Shown piece after piece: positions 24,401-37,009 of a DNA stretch of 64,000 nucleotides. Numbering within the stretch: position 1 is the first letter of the stretch; every line of letters begins with the position of its first letter. The notes under the pieces were generated by a model. That model was not told the DNA's origin and did no database searches. It saw nothing but the letters and a program-made list of their open reading frames with translations. The stretch is taken from NCBI GenBank assembly GCA_965112155.1, contig OZ218099.1; one strand, written 5' to 3'. This DNA is from Podarcis liolepis. Its lineage: Eukaryota. Made by a program: the position numbers and the translations under genes.

Positions 24401-26951
24401 GTGGGTTTCTGGAGAGAAGATTGTTGTGTTGCTGCTGCTGTGCTCCTTATTGTTTAGCTCAGTGTTGTCTCTGAACACAGCCTTGTGATTTGTCTTCCCC
24501 AGCTCTTGGTTTCAGCTCATGGAATGAGACAAACCATGATCTGAGCTCTGACTAACACTAAGTCAAACCATGGCTTAGCCCAGGTAGTGTAATGACAACA
24601 GTACTAAGGGAGTTATGCAGTGGCTGAAATTTTAAATAATTGTTCTGTTGTATATAGTGAACAAAACACTGAACTTTGGGGTATTATGCATATATTTATT
24701 GGCTTATCTAAAAATTTGAAAAATATAGCAAGTTGCTCCCAGGAAGAATGTCAGTATATTACACTTTGTACTGTTCTAGCCAGTGCAGTTGAACTTTTAA
24801 TGGTAATTTAGAAAATGTAGGAATGTAGAAAATGGCCCATTCTCATGAATATATGGGTTCCTGAAGAGACTATCTCTGTGTTGTCAATGCTAGTTGGGCT
24901 TCGTAGAGCATTACTAGTGATGCTGTAATAAATATATTAAATAATTAAAATGTCCTGTGAGACTCTGGATGTGCTTCCTTCCAGTCAGCCTCCTACAAGG
25001 GCATCCGATTCTCCTGTGTCTTTTCATTTAGGAGTGACTGATCTCCCATGACAGAGAAGTGTCAGAATTCTGTGGCCTCAGAGAAGGTCATCTGCTGCAT
25101 CTGGGCATAAGTGTTAGAGTGAAATGCTTCTTAATTTTTAATTTAGAAAAAGTATGTGGCTTGGTTATTGGAGACATTGTAAGAGAATGTTAGAATAGGG
25201 AAATTATGGCCCGTCATTTAAAAAAGTATTAAACAGATACTGCTGAAGCCCGTCCATTCTATCAAGTGGCTGTGTCTAGTTTTTGCCATCTCTTTTGTTG
25301 TTTAGTCTCTACACACTGCTTACATTACTTGTGGAGAAAGGAAGATGGAAGGACCAGTCCATGATTGTCTGCTCCTGAAATGTGATCAATAGTTGCAAAT
25401 CATTCAACTTCTTAAGAGCAAGCATGCCAGGACTGCATATTGAGTGCAGAGTACTGCTTCTATAACTAATTGGAACAAAAGATTTATTTGATTCCGGCCA
25501 AAGTATGTATCACAATTGGAATGCAGCCAGAATTCTTGGTTTAATGTTCATCCATTCTCAGCACAGAAAGAGTTAGCAATATATTTGCTTTTAAAAATAT
25601 CTTCTTTGGTGATTGTCTTCACAAGCATCCTAATGCTTATAGCCATTTCGCTACCTATTTTGAAAATATTTGTATTATAAGTTTATATTGTTAACGCTTG
25701 ACTTTGGGAACACTGTGGCGTTCAGTTGCTTTGTAACCCTTATTCAAATCCAGTTGGATCCAAGGTTCCATGAGCACGAGTGGAATATATTGCCATCTGT
25801 ATATGGTGTATGCAAATTTCCCTTTTGGCTGCATTTTTAGCACTTAAAATTTCAGAAGGCAAGTGCAATTAGTAGGAAGAAATGCTCATTTATTGTATGA
25901 CCATTTTGTGCATCTAGCTGCTCCTGGAAACTAGTAGGTTTGTAGCTCTTATAAGTGTTGAGATGAGCCTATAAGAATGGAGTCAATGGAAATTGTGGCT
26001 GGACAGGTAAAGATGCAGGTACTGGCTGATGGATGTCAGCATCATGGCTTTGATTGTATGAGACCCCTGATTAAGAGCCTCAATGTAAGAATCTGCTCTT
26101 AGCATCAGTGTTCAGGGGCCAAGAGCAGGGCTGAACAACTGAAAAAGTAATTCCTTGGTTATTACATAAGGTCCAGGAAGCCAGGTTCTAGTTGTCTCTT
26201 GGTCTATTTTTCTCCGATTGTCTTCTGTCAAGTGTTCCCACTGGGCAATGTTTTTAAATCAACAGTACTTGTATCAACTTACAATCATATCTTGGTTTAA
26301 TAAGTTGAGATAGGAACAAGTGTTTTGGCCATGTGTGCAGCCCCTTTGCTGCTCCTTTCCTGGTAGAAGCAAACAAGCTAGTGTGTCTTCCAATACACTG
26401 TCTTCTTCTGAACTGGGAAATTCTGGTTAGCAGCTTTGGAAAAACCAGAATACAGTATATAAGTCAGCTTCAAACAATGGCTTAGCAGCTTCAGAACATG
26501 CATGAATATTAACTGCTTTCCTGGTTGGGACAAACTGGGAAAGTAATGTTAATAGAAGACTTCCTTGTTTGCTTGCACAAAGGAAAGCATGAGAGGGTTT
26601 TGTGCACACCCAACATCTCCATTCATCTTGGCTTATAAACATGACTGCTGTGAAGTTCCACCAACTGAAATGCTCTTGCCGTAGGTGTTTGAAATGGTAT
26701 GCTGATTGGTTCACTTACTTGAGCCATCTCTAAAATGATTTACTGAATAATTTTATCAAGGCGCTTTTGGTGTAATTTATTTCTGAACCTTTTAAAGAGG
26801 TTTATCACAGGCATGAAATTCAACACAGATTCTTCATGTTAGGAAAAGCTTCCTCTACTCGATTTGTGTCATGAAAGTCTTTCCGTCTCCATAAGATAGA
26901 TCCACTTTTACAAGACAGGCCAGGAAAGCTTTTTGTTCCCTATATAGAATA

Positions 26952-27107
26952 NNNNNNNNNNNNNNNNNNNNNNNNNNNNNNNNNNNNNNNNNNNNNNNNN
27001 NNNNNNNNNNNNNNNNNNNNNNNNNNNNNNNNNNNNNNNNNNNNNNNNNNNNNNNNNNNNNNNNNNNNNNNNNNNNNNNNNNNNNNNNNNNNNNNNNNNN
27101 NNNNNNN
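26952..27107. other. Assembly gap (156 N)
   Basis: run of N. Confidence 1.
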
Positions 27108-27446
27108 GAATAGCTTGCCTCGAATAAACACATCTCAGTTTAACTAGCAGAGATGTAAATGGACCTTTTGCCCACACATGTGAGCTGTTATTAAAGCAGG
27201 AAATATCTAATAAACTATAGTGTTCTGTTTCATCCAAACTGGGAATCCATGGCTATTGGCAATGGAAAAAGTCAGAATCTTAAACCATCTTCAAACTGTA
27301 GCTTAAGATCCTGACTTGTATGCAACCTGGTAATCATAGTTTTCTGGTACTGATGAAATGGAAAACTATGATTAATTGGAGACTGTCTGGTTTAATCACT
27401 GCTTGTATGAAGGGAAAAGTGAAGGCACTGCTTATGCAAGAAATAT

Positions 27447-27757
27447 TTGTTGTTGTTGTTTAGTTGTTTAGTCGTGTCCGACTCTTCGTGACCCCATGGG
27501 CCAGAGCACGCCAGGCACTCCTGTCTTCCACAGCCTTCCGCAGTTTGGTCAAACTCATGCTGGTAGCTTCAAGAACATTGTCCAACCATCTCGTCCTCTG
27601 TTGTCCCCTTCTCCTTGTGCCCTCCATCTTTCCCAACATCAGGGTCTTTTCCAGGGAGTCTTCTCTTCTCAAGAGGTGGCCAAAGTATTGGAGCCTCAGC
27701 TTCACGATCTGTCCTTCCAGTGAGCACTCAGGGCTGATTTCCTTCAGAATGGATAGG
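27447..27757 (-). mobile_element. 5'-truncated BovB (RTE) LINE
   Basis: ILKEISPECSLEG..KLRLQYFGHL.RR.DSLEKTLMLGK.EG.RRRG; (CAA)n tail; 13-bp TSD with 2 mismatches (atgcaagaaatat 27434-27446, atgcaggaaacat 27758-27770). Confidence 0.93.
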
Positions 27758-29620
27758 ATGCAGGAAACATACTTATTAATACTTTGGCTTGTTAAACAAA
27801 GATACGATTGTCCGAAGTTTAAATATCTGTTTTCAAGCTGATATTGTTTTCTGAAGCTGATAGAATTAGATCTGAAAAGTAGGACATGTTCAGACCAGAC
27901 ATCCTGTGATCTCCCTGTGTGTAACAGGTTAAGGTCTTCCATATTGATGCTTTACACACTCCTGGTGTTCAGGGAAGCCAGCATTTCATAGGGACCTGTG
28001 TTTGGTGGAAGTTTAACTCCAATCTCTAATTTTGTGGTGCTCCAGTATGTATGCAGAAGTTAGCATTAGCAAATAAATGTGGTGCAATAAATGTGGACGC
28101 CTATGTTTTTGCAGAGCTCTGTTTGTGTGCATGCCCGGACACCTGCATCATCAGAGTAGCTGTGCTTTGATGGATTGCACTTGGTCATACTAGCCTAGCT
28201 GCTCCAGCATCCTTACAGAATTTCTTAATATAGGTGTACAATCCTTTTAAGAAAAATGAATTGTGTTTCCCTAGCAGTAGTGCTTGGGGAATTATGTTTG
28301 CTATGATTTGAGAAAACTTATTCCTCCTAATAGCAGCAGTTGTAATAACCATGTTTGAAGATAACTATTTATGCAGGCACATGAAGTTTGTGTATGCCAG
28401 TCTAGTCAGTGTGACTGCCTAAGGATGCACCAAAAGGCATTGGCCGATCTATATGTAACCTTTATCATGCAGAGACTGCTTGAATTAACTTCTGCATATG
28501 TCTGCTTCCCATCATCAGTATAACATAATATGGCTGATTATGTCAGTTTTCCATATCACATGGACAGGTAGCTGCCGAAATGGAAAGCAGTACAATAGAA
28601 ACCCTACACTTTAACGTGGTAACAACATCACAAGGAGGCAGTTTGAAATGATTGCCTGTGCATTGCAAAATAATGTGTATGTCTGCCTATAGATTCACTT
28701 GTGGTTTGTTTCCTAAGCCAAACATTTGAGACAGCATCTCTGATTTTGTGAAGGAGATAGAGCTTTGGATTGAGAAAATGTGATTTGGGTCTATGCTATC
28801 AGTCACCCCTCTACCAATTCCCCAAATAATAACTGATTCCCTTTATGCAGTTCACACACCATGCCTAATAGTTCTCTTGCTTGTGTTGCATTCTGTTGAG
28901 GCAGTCCTTCCACACTGAGATTTAATATTTTAACATTAATTAACATATTGATTGTAATCGTCAATGAAACTCTAAATACAAATATGTGTGTGGTCTTTGC
29001 AGAGTTACACAGGGATGGACTTTTCATGTTGATCATGTATACACATGGGTACAGTTAACATTTGAAATAGACATGAAACAACAATTAAGCCATTCATATA
29101 AATTTCTTATTAGTTTTATTAAAAATATAAATGTCAAAGCTCTAAATGGGAGATGACCTTTTCATGTATATCACATTATCTTAGAGGAGAAAAGTAGCTA
29201 CAAAGCCTATAGGGAAATTGAATCTGTGGTGCCTTTTTATTGTTCCCTCTGTATTGCTGATTCTAATTTTAGAAGCTTACATCATTTTAGTTCTAGTGAC
29301 AGCCTCTCTCTTACATTCTCTCCCCCTCCCCTCCCCTCCCCTCTCCTCTGCTCTCCCCCCTCCCTCCTAGGATGGCTTACATTTTCATACCGCTGTTGAA
29401 TCTTTCTGTGCCTTTTGATAGGATTTTAGCTGCAATGAAAACTATTGTACACTTGCTGTTTAATGTCAGAGCATAATGTCACTATGGAAGAGGAAATGAG
29501 GGGAGTTCATAGGGGCTGTTTTTAATGTCTCACCTGTGCAAAGACTGAAGAATAAAATCATATTTAAAAATCAAAGTATAGATCTAACCTTGTTTGAAAA
29601 TATTTATGAAATATATTTAA

Positions 29621-29624
<4 letters not shown>

Positions 29625-29671
<47 letters not shown>
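29625..29671. repeat. (GT)n microsatellite
   Basis: about 23 units. Confidence 0.95.
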
Positions 29672-29674
<3 letters not shown>

Positions 29675-32329
29675 CTGCCAGCAGTATGAAGTCACTCAAG
29701 GCTTGCCAGTGCAGCATGAAGATTCTCTCAGATTCTTTTCCATCTGCCAATATTCATTTCCATCATTGGTCCTTTCTGTTTTGGAATACATTTCAAACAC
29801 TTTTGTATGTAACTTGAAACTCTTCTGTTGAAACACTAAAATGTTAGGAGGACCCATCACTATTCATTCATATTCTCTCCCTCCCTCTTTCTCCATGTAT
29901 AATATACTGCTGATTAACATTGCCTTTTGCTGCCAATTACCAAGGTATTTTCAAGTTATCAACTCCTGAGTACAGTGGGTTACTGAAGCCGCACTACTAC
30001 TTTACACTGCGTTGGAAGTAACCTGCTAGCTACTGTCCTGGCATTTTCCCTATCACTTGCTTTTTCATGTAGTAGTGCACCGGGGAATTAATTCAAACAT
30101 TCATCTTCAGGGCACAAATAATGAATTAGGAGAGTTGACATTTTTTGGACATCTGGAATGAAAAGTAGCTGCTTGGCTAGAAGTCCTGTGATGGGCATAC
30201 ATTCACTTGATGGTGGGTTTGCATAATTATTGATTAAAGTATATATTCTAAAAAAAAAAAAAGAACAGGCCTCTAGTCCTGTTGAAAAAATGTCCAAAAA
30301 TAAAACTCCAAACAGTATTCAGATTACAAAAATACAGTGTTCTTTCCATCATATTCACATCACCCTGTTGGGTTTTCTCTCCTACTTCAGTATGTAGATG
30401 GATTATTTTAAAGTGTTTAATAAAAGAAAAAAGTTACTTTATTTCATTTATAGCCCTTTTTTAAAAAATGAAATAAATAATTTACAGACAAATACATATT
30501 TAATATAGCCTTAGCTCTGATTGCATTCATTTTAAAATCCTACTTGGTTATTTTCCTCTGTTGCAGATAATGAATTTTGATCATTTGACATTTGTCTTCA
30601 ACAGATAATTTATTAAGGAATTTATGTAAGAGTGGCATAAAGACACCTCGTTTTTTAAAAGGGTGCCAGCGTAGAATTAGGTCAGTTTTTCACCCTGCAC
30701 ATAGCTGTTAGGCTGGCAGGATTGCATGTAGGGGCTGAGATACATTCCCCAGGGTGTTGCAGTAGCTGCAGTCTGATTCGTAGGAAAAGGAAAAGGATGA
30801 TGTCATCTTCACTTAAAGGGGAAACTAGAAAGGAAGGAGAGAAAATCCCCTTATTAAGCTTATGTTTACAGTAGTTGTGAAATATGGCATTCACTTAAAA
30901 ATCTTTGGTGGAGTAAATTCATGCACAATGCAGCAATTTCAAAAGGCAGTTCTGAAACTAACACACATAGTTCGACTGAACAACAGAATATGTTTGTTGT
31001 TAATCAGGCATCTTTTCTTAAAATTAAAATAAACTGCATGTCTCTTAATATGATACAGCCTGTTTTAGTATAGTTACATGGCAACACTGAACAATTATTT
31101 TTAAGTTGAACTCTTTGGAAACCTAGTTTTTTACTTGGGGTTTATACATGTTCACTTTTGAGCAGTGTTAACATGAATCATTTAAAAAGATGTAGGTACA
31201 GTAGTGGGGCTGCTCATCTGCTGCCTTATTATGAACAAAAAAATTAGTTTAAATGCTGAATACTTTCTCATTTTTCAAGCAGTACTGAATATATTTTAAA
31301 AATAAATAAACATACGAAAAGGAAAATTATTTAAATAAAGCATACTCTAGGTACACATCAGTTTTATCCAGTGCTGTTCTTCTGTTCATGGAAGGCTCTT
31401 TGAGACCCAGAGGAGGCTTTGGAGAGCAAAAGGAAGGTAATTTCCTCTTTCTCCTCCCGTGCCCTTATTCCACGCTGTGCTGGTGGGTTCCCTAATACTC
31501 TGGATTAAATCTGGAAGCCAGTTAAAGGGGCTACAGAGGGCAAGGTGATTAGTGAAAAATCACCTCCTCCCATATAGGGAAGCCTCCACTGGATCAAACA
31601 GGGTCTCCTGTGAATGGAAGGATGCTGATGGATACAACCCTATGTTTTAAAAGTTATTTTCAAGTTGCTGCCCTTGATTATAGAACCCAGTTTCTACACA
31701 AGATCTCAATTGCATGTATATCTTTCTGTTTCTCCATTTCTGGCCAGTTCAAGCTTTTATGAGTTCTGCTCTTAACTAATATATTTTGGGAAGATACAAA
31801 TCGAATGTAACTTGCAGGTTGATGTAAACTTGTGGGTGAATGACACCCATTTTCAACCACAAAGTGTTTCGCTTTGGTCATAAAAGCAAATTTGGTCTGC
31901 CTTTTGTAGTATACCTACTGTAAGATGGTCACCCTGACTAGTGATTAAAATTATCTTTCAACATGACTGGAGAAAGTTTAGTCTCTTCAATAAAATTCCT
32001 TGCTATGAGAGGGTGTGGATAGGCAGAATCTGTAGGGAGATAATAAGCAGCAGGTCATAATGAAGGAATTGTCAGTGCCAAATTTTATCACAATGATAAG
32101 AAATATGCTTTGTCCATAATGCTACTTAGAAAAAAATGTGAGCTGATACACACATTTCAAGAGTAAGTGCTAAAAAAACAACAACAAAAACACCCAAAGG
32201 AATTGTGTGCACAGTCAGATCAGCAGAGTGATATGAAATGTAACATAGAGTATGTTTTGCTGAATTGTTGTTGTACAGAGGTGTGTTTATACTAGGTCAA
32301 TAAAGATGCTCTGGCTGCATCTGCAGATA

Positions 32330-33347
32330 CAGTAGCCAATTGATCTAATGCAGTTTCTAAAGGCTTTCTATACAGGTGATGTCATCCTTTTAGCTCCATT
32401 CCCCTCCCACTCTCTCCCCTCCTTATTAGATATTTCATCTTGCTGCGGAGCATCCAATCGATGAGAGCTTCTCCTGAGGGAGCTGCTGAGAAACGAGCAA
32501 AGATAGTAGGAATTAGGACTCGAGCGTTCAGTCTTGCTGTGGATGTTGCCTTTTGCAATGTATTAGAAATGTTTTAATTGGTAAATGCTGGGTTTGGATT
32601 AACCATGTATCTGGCTGTGCATTAGAATTCTAAGCTATACTGCAGCATTTTTAAACTCTGCATTGGAGGGGGTTGGGAGGGAAATGGCTTTGATCGCAGA
32701 GGCTTTGAGCAATTCTGTAGTGCAAACCTGTTAAGAGTACTGTGTATATTTATATATCTTGAAGATACTAGCTGAGAATGGATTTACTCTTGTCATGGTG
32801 GGCAAGAGTATAAAGAAGGAACTTTAATATGAAGGATTCCACAGTCATCCAAGATCTGCTTTAACAAGAATCTTTGCAAAACTATACCTGCATTATAAAA
32901 TGTGAAGATGAGGAAATGGGACTCTGAAGACTAACCAGCTTTAACCTGTGCCTTGCAATGGGAAAATACTTAAAAGGAATTCAGCTTTCAGCTTTCCAGA
33001 GACTGTTGCATTTAACTTGTAAACCTTTCTAGAATTTATTCTAGCTGTTTCAGGTATATTTCCTGCCTGGGGAAATCTATTGACCTTTGTATTTGAATAA
33101 GAAGCAGCACTGAAAATTTTGAATGTGCAGTTATGTACTTGTCAAAATTGGACTGTTTTTGCAGTAATTTTTGCAACACTGAAAGCCACTGAGATACAGT
33201 AGGAATTTAATTTTTAATTAATCACTGTGAAATTAAAGTCTACTTGATTTTGTGCCTGAAAATCCATTTCTTTGGCTTATGGTTTCTAAACTTCTAAGGA
33301 TCTTAATTTCTTGTTGGTGAGTGGAAACTTTCCCTTCAACCCAGGAA
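32330..33347 (+). promoter_or_regulatory. Putative internal promoter / long 5' UTR of the short isoform
   Basis: About 1 kb with no recognisable repeat upstream of ATG 33348; CCAAT at 32336, CRE-like TGATGTCA at 32377-32384, C-rich tract, a few retained CpGs; TSS not determinable. Confidence 0.4.
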
Positions 33348-33401
33348 ATGGCTTTTCTTGTTCGTTGTTACGCCAACTGCCTGCAGCCTTGGGCCTCTAA
33401 A
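33348..33401 (+). CDS. RAPGEF6: Putative alternative N-terminal coding exon (MAFLVRCYANCLQPWASK), phase 0 to exon 7
   Basis: ATG in good context (gaaATGg), 18 codons, donor AAA|gtaagt in phase with exon 7 (LPADLTK); resembles an alternative N-terminus I recall for the paralog RAPGEF2 (MAFLVRCYANCLQPWSSK-LPADF), not verified. Confidence 0.8.
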
Positions 33402-35044
33402 GTAAGTAAGAATTCATATGTAGGTTTTTCTCAAGCTGAACATAATTTGAAAATAGCTATTACTTAAGAACTTCTTAAAGTTTAAACATACAATCAGTTT
33501 GTTTTCTAGTTTTGAAACTCTAATACTCTTGTGGTAATCTTAGGATGCTTCAGTTTGGTGTAAGATAAATCTTTAAATCTAACAGGATATATATTAATGC
33601 TTGAGCTCTTTGGCCTCCTTAACAGTCACCTAAATTCGCAGAAAGCTGTGGTTATGGTTTCTTCATTTTGCTTGTAATTAGGAAATGATCGTGTCTTCAA
33701 AGTAACACCATTATGTATGTGAAGATAGTCAGTTTGCAATACAACTGTTTATGGCTGTATTTCTCGCAACATATATGACATTGCAAGAGGAAGCAATTAT
33801 CTTTAAAGCTACATATTTTGGATATCCTTACTCTTGCTTTTTAAACAAAAGTTATACCTCCATGAAAGTTCACTGCTTCTGCACAACAGCAAACTTTAGT
33901 GTCCTAGAAGCTATTTTCTGGTTGTTAAGGCTGAAGTGAAGTAATTGACTTGTGGGTGGAAAGTTCATAGAGCTCCTGAACTTGAAAGTTCTTCTAGTAT
34001 TCTCCCTCTTAATATTATTATGATAATGGAACATAGTAATAATAAATATGTACAGTACACAAAATTTGTTGATGTTTTGAAAATGAAGAACTAAAAATCA
34101 ACTAAAAATTGTGTCACCCCCATTTGTCTCTACAATTTCAACGTGCAGTGTGCTAGGAATAGGTAGCATCCCTCTTTGATATTGTTCTTAGTAAGGATTT
34201 AAGATAGCAAATGTTTGTTTAAAAGTTGGTGGCTGTTTCATGTGACCAGCAGCTTTTATATTCAGTGCATCTTTATTTATCTCTTCATCGTTTTGAGGTC
34301 AAATTTTCGAACCTATTTTTCTTACCAGCCCTGCAAATAAGTGATTTGAAAAGGTGAATATCCACTTTGGTCTTGTATTGTTGTCAGGCTGGAGGCTCTG
34401 TTCTTAGAATTCTTCTGTATCCATCTTCTGTTTCCTGTCTTTCCCCCTACCCTGAATAACTATCACAACACTGTATTTCTTCAGCTAGGAAAGGCAGCTG
34501 TGCTGTGGCAGTGCCCAATATCAGCCTACATGCTCAGGTGTGCACCATCCCCACCCCCAATATGGGACTGAAAAAGGAGAGAAGACATACAGCCAGCATA
34601 GTGAAATTGACACCCATGACGGGAACTAGTTTCTTTTCTAATATGCTTGCTTAGGAAAACATTTCTGCCCCTGCTCTTTGTTTCCTGGGATTCAAAGTTC
34701 AGTGACCCTGTGACACTAGAAGACTTGAGTGCTGCTTTCTTAGCACTATGTGTTTTCTAGCTCAGAGAAGTAATGTAGCATACTAAATCCTGACAAGATG
34801 GAGTCTCTGTGGTTAGGTGGCTATTATGGTGGAGAAGTGGGGATATGACCAGCTCTGGATAGGGTTGTACTGTTTCCGAAGGATCTTGTGGGTGTTTGTT
34901 GATCCATCATTGCCCTGGAGGCCTAGATGGCTGAAGTGGCTAAGTTTCAGGTCCAGCAGATTTGCAAGCTATGGCTTTACCTGGAGTGATCAGTGACTGA
35001 TTTGGGACAACGTTTAAAAAGAGTGTTTCTTTTCACTGGGTATG

Positions 35045-35647
35045 TGTTATGGACTGGCTGGATGCAGAGGAGTGGACCAGCTGGGGTACCCCCAAGGGAA
35101 GAAGACTCAGAGCCCCAGGGGGTTGGTGGTAGGACGATGATGAGTGCTCAAAGGAAGAAGAGGGAGCAGACTGGGAGGAGGAGGTGTTTGTAGCTGAAGG
35201 GTTAACAGAGTTTAGTGAGCAGGAAGAGGCTGTGAGAGGGAAGAGTTCAGAATCAGAGGCAAAAGAGGAGGCTAGTGAGGAGGGGGGCCAAGAAGTAGAG
35301 TGGAAGCAGGCTGCTGAAGAAGCCAGGGAGTCTCCCTGTCTGGCTGTGACCAGCTCCCCTCCTCCCTGGTCTCCCAGAACATGAAGAGGAATGAAGAGGG
35401 GTGGAGCAAAGAGAGACAAGACGAGGGAGCCTCAGTTTGCTGGGAAGGACCAAGGGGAGGAGGAGCCTTAGAGAGCGGTGGGAAGGCAGGAACCTTCAGT
35501 CCTCACAACTGCCTCCTTGGGGCAAGACCTACTGGAAGACTTGCTGTGATCACTAGGCCTGAGCTATCTTGTTTCTTTGAATAAAGAGTTAACTTCACGG
35601 ACACCTTGTGAGTTATTGCTGACTTGCTCCCAACTCCTGCCTTGATA
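35045..35647 (+). mobile_element. Solo LTR (603 bp)
   Basis: TGT...ATA termini (ACA with one change), 5-bp TSD gtatg (35040-35044 and 35648-35652), purine-rich U3-like part, AATAAA at 35580-35585. Confidence 0.75.
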
Positions 35648-35779
35648 GTATGTTGGGGATCACGTGGGCAGTCACATTTCACTATTTTGTTCACAGTTCT
35701 GTCACTTTACTTTAAAAAATGATATTTTAGACTGGGAAAGATGCAAAAAAGAAAAAAGAAGAAAAAGGGCAACCAAAGG

Positions 35780-36245
35780 GAGCCCAAGGGCTGGAACAAC
35801 TCCACAATGAGGAAAGATTACAACTTGGGAATTTTTAATTTAGAAAAAATGTGAACAAGGGGAATGATAGAGCATAGTGTGATGAAAGTGAATAGAGAAG
35901 TCCACCCCCCTTGAAATAATAGAACTTGTGCCTTCCTGTAAAGCTGAATGTTAGAAGACAAAAGGAAGTACTTCTACACACAGCGGACAGTTAGAAATGT
36001 AGAATTTGCTCTTACAAGATGTAGTGGGGGCCACCAATATGGCTTTAAAAGAGAATTAGATGGATTCAGGGCTGTGTTTTACCTTTACTGTCAGAGACAA
36101 AATGTGACAGTGAATACCAGTTGCTGGGAATCACAGGTGGAGTGGGTGTTCTTGCATTCTGGTCCTGCTTGGCCACTGTAAGGAGATAATGCTGGACTAG
36201 GTGGACCATTGGCCTGATCCAATAGGATCTTCCTTATGTTCTTAC
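35780..36245 (+). mobile_element. Degraded CR1 LINE 3' region
   Basis: EDKRKYFYTQR / GFKRELD remnants plus CR1-type 3' UTR. Confidence 0.7.
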
Positions 36246-36436
36246 ATAATGATGATGTGAATGAGTCAGAATGGCGGCAATACATCCTGTCCTCACTCTT
36301 GAGTGGACAGATACTTTTGCCACATTTGTACAGCACTCCATCACCAAAATGTTTTACAGAGTGGTCAAAGATTTTTGTGAAACACTTCAACCGTATTCCC
36401 ATTTTTGCCCCAGGCCTACTAGATGCTGCTTTATCC

Positions 36437-36537
36437 AAGGGAAAGGGAACGGTAAAGGGACCCCTGACAGTTAAGTCCAGTCGCGAACAACTCTGGGGTT
36501 GTGGCGCTCATTTTGCTTTACAGGCCGAGGGAGCCAG
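36437..36537 (-). mobile_element. 5'-truncated Sauria SINE
   Basis: ggtaaagggacccctgacagttaagtccagtcgc..actctggggttgtggcgctcat matches the 3' end of the 3671 copy (different subfamily). Confidence 0.85.
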
Positions 36538-36709
36538 GTAAACATACCTTATTGCCTGAAACCAAGAATAAAGTTTGTGTTAATTAGGAATCTTAAACTA
36601 TGTGTTGTAGGTCGTTACTTTTCTTTGGTTGTGCTGTTTTCTCCTTTCTTCTCTTAGTCAAGCTTTTCATGTAGTAAATATGTAAGTATCATGTAGTAAA
36701 TATGAGTTT

Positions 36710-37009
36710 AGTTACAGATAGGTAGCCGTGTTGGTCTGCCATAGTCAAAATAAAAAAAATCCTTTCAGTAGCACCTTTAAGACCAACTAAGTTAGTTCTT
36801 GGTATGAGCTTTCGTGTGCATGCACACTTCTTCAGATACACTGAAACAGAAGTTGCCAGATCCTTCTATATAGTGAGAAGGTGGGGAGGGGTATTACTCA
36901 GAAGGGTGGTGGGAATGGGAGATTGGCAGATAGCTGAGATGAGCCTGTTGACGACTCTTAACGACTACAATAGGTCTTACAGGAAAAGGCAAGGGGTGAG
37001 AAGGTGAAA
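36710..37009 (-). mobile_element. Penelope-like element pseudo-LTR / 3' fragment
   Basis: 12-bp TSD aaatatgagttt (36698-36709 and 37010-37021); same family as 9006-9218; contains a hammerhead motif. Confidence 0.8.
36802..36839 (-). ncRNA. Minimal type I hammerhead ribozyme motif (Penelope type), core intact
   Basis: Minus strand reads GTAT-CTGAAGA-A-GTGTGCATGCACAC-GAA-AGCT-C-ATAC: stem I, CUGANGA, stem II, GAAA, palindromic stem III, UC cleavage site. Confidence 0.7.

Noticed and set aside
26855-27237. ORFs spanning the N run
   Set aside because: Artefacts of the assembly gap.
29895-29944. ATG ORF ending at CAAG|gtattt as another first exon
   Set aside because: The donor falls in phase 2 while exon 7 needs phase 0; weak donor and weak ATG context.
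35184-35384. Glu-rich ORF as an exon
   Set aside because: Lies in the purine-rich part of the solo LTR; no similarity to RAPGEF proteins.
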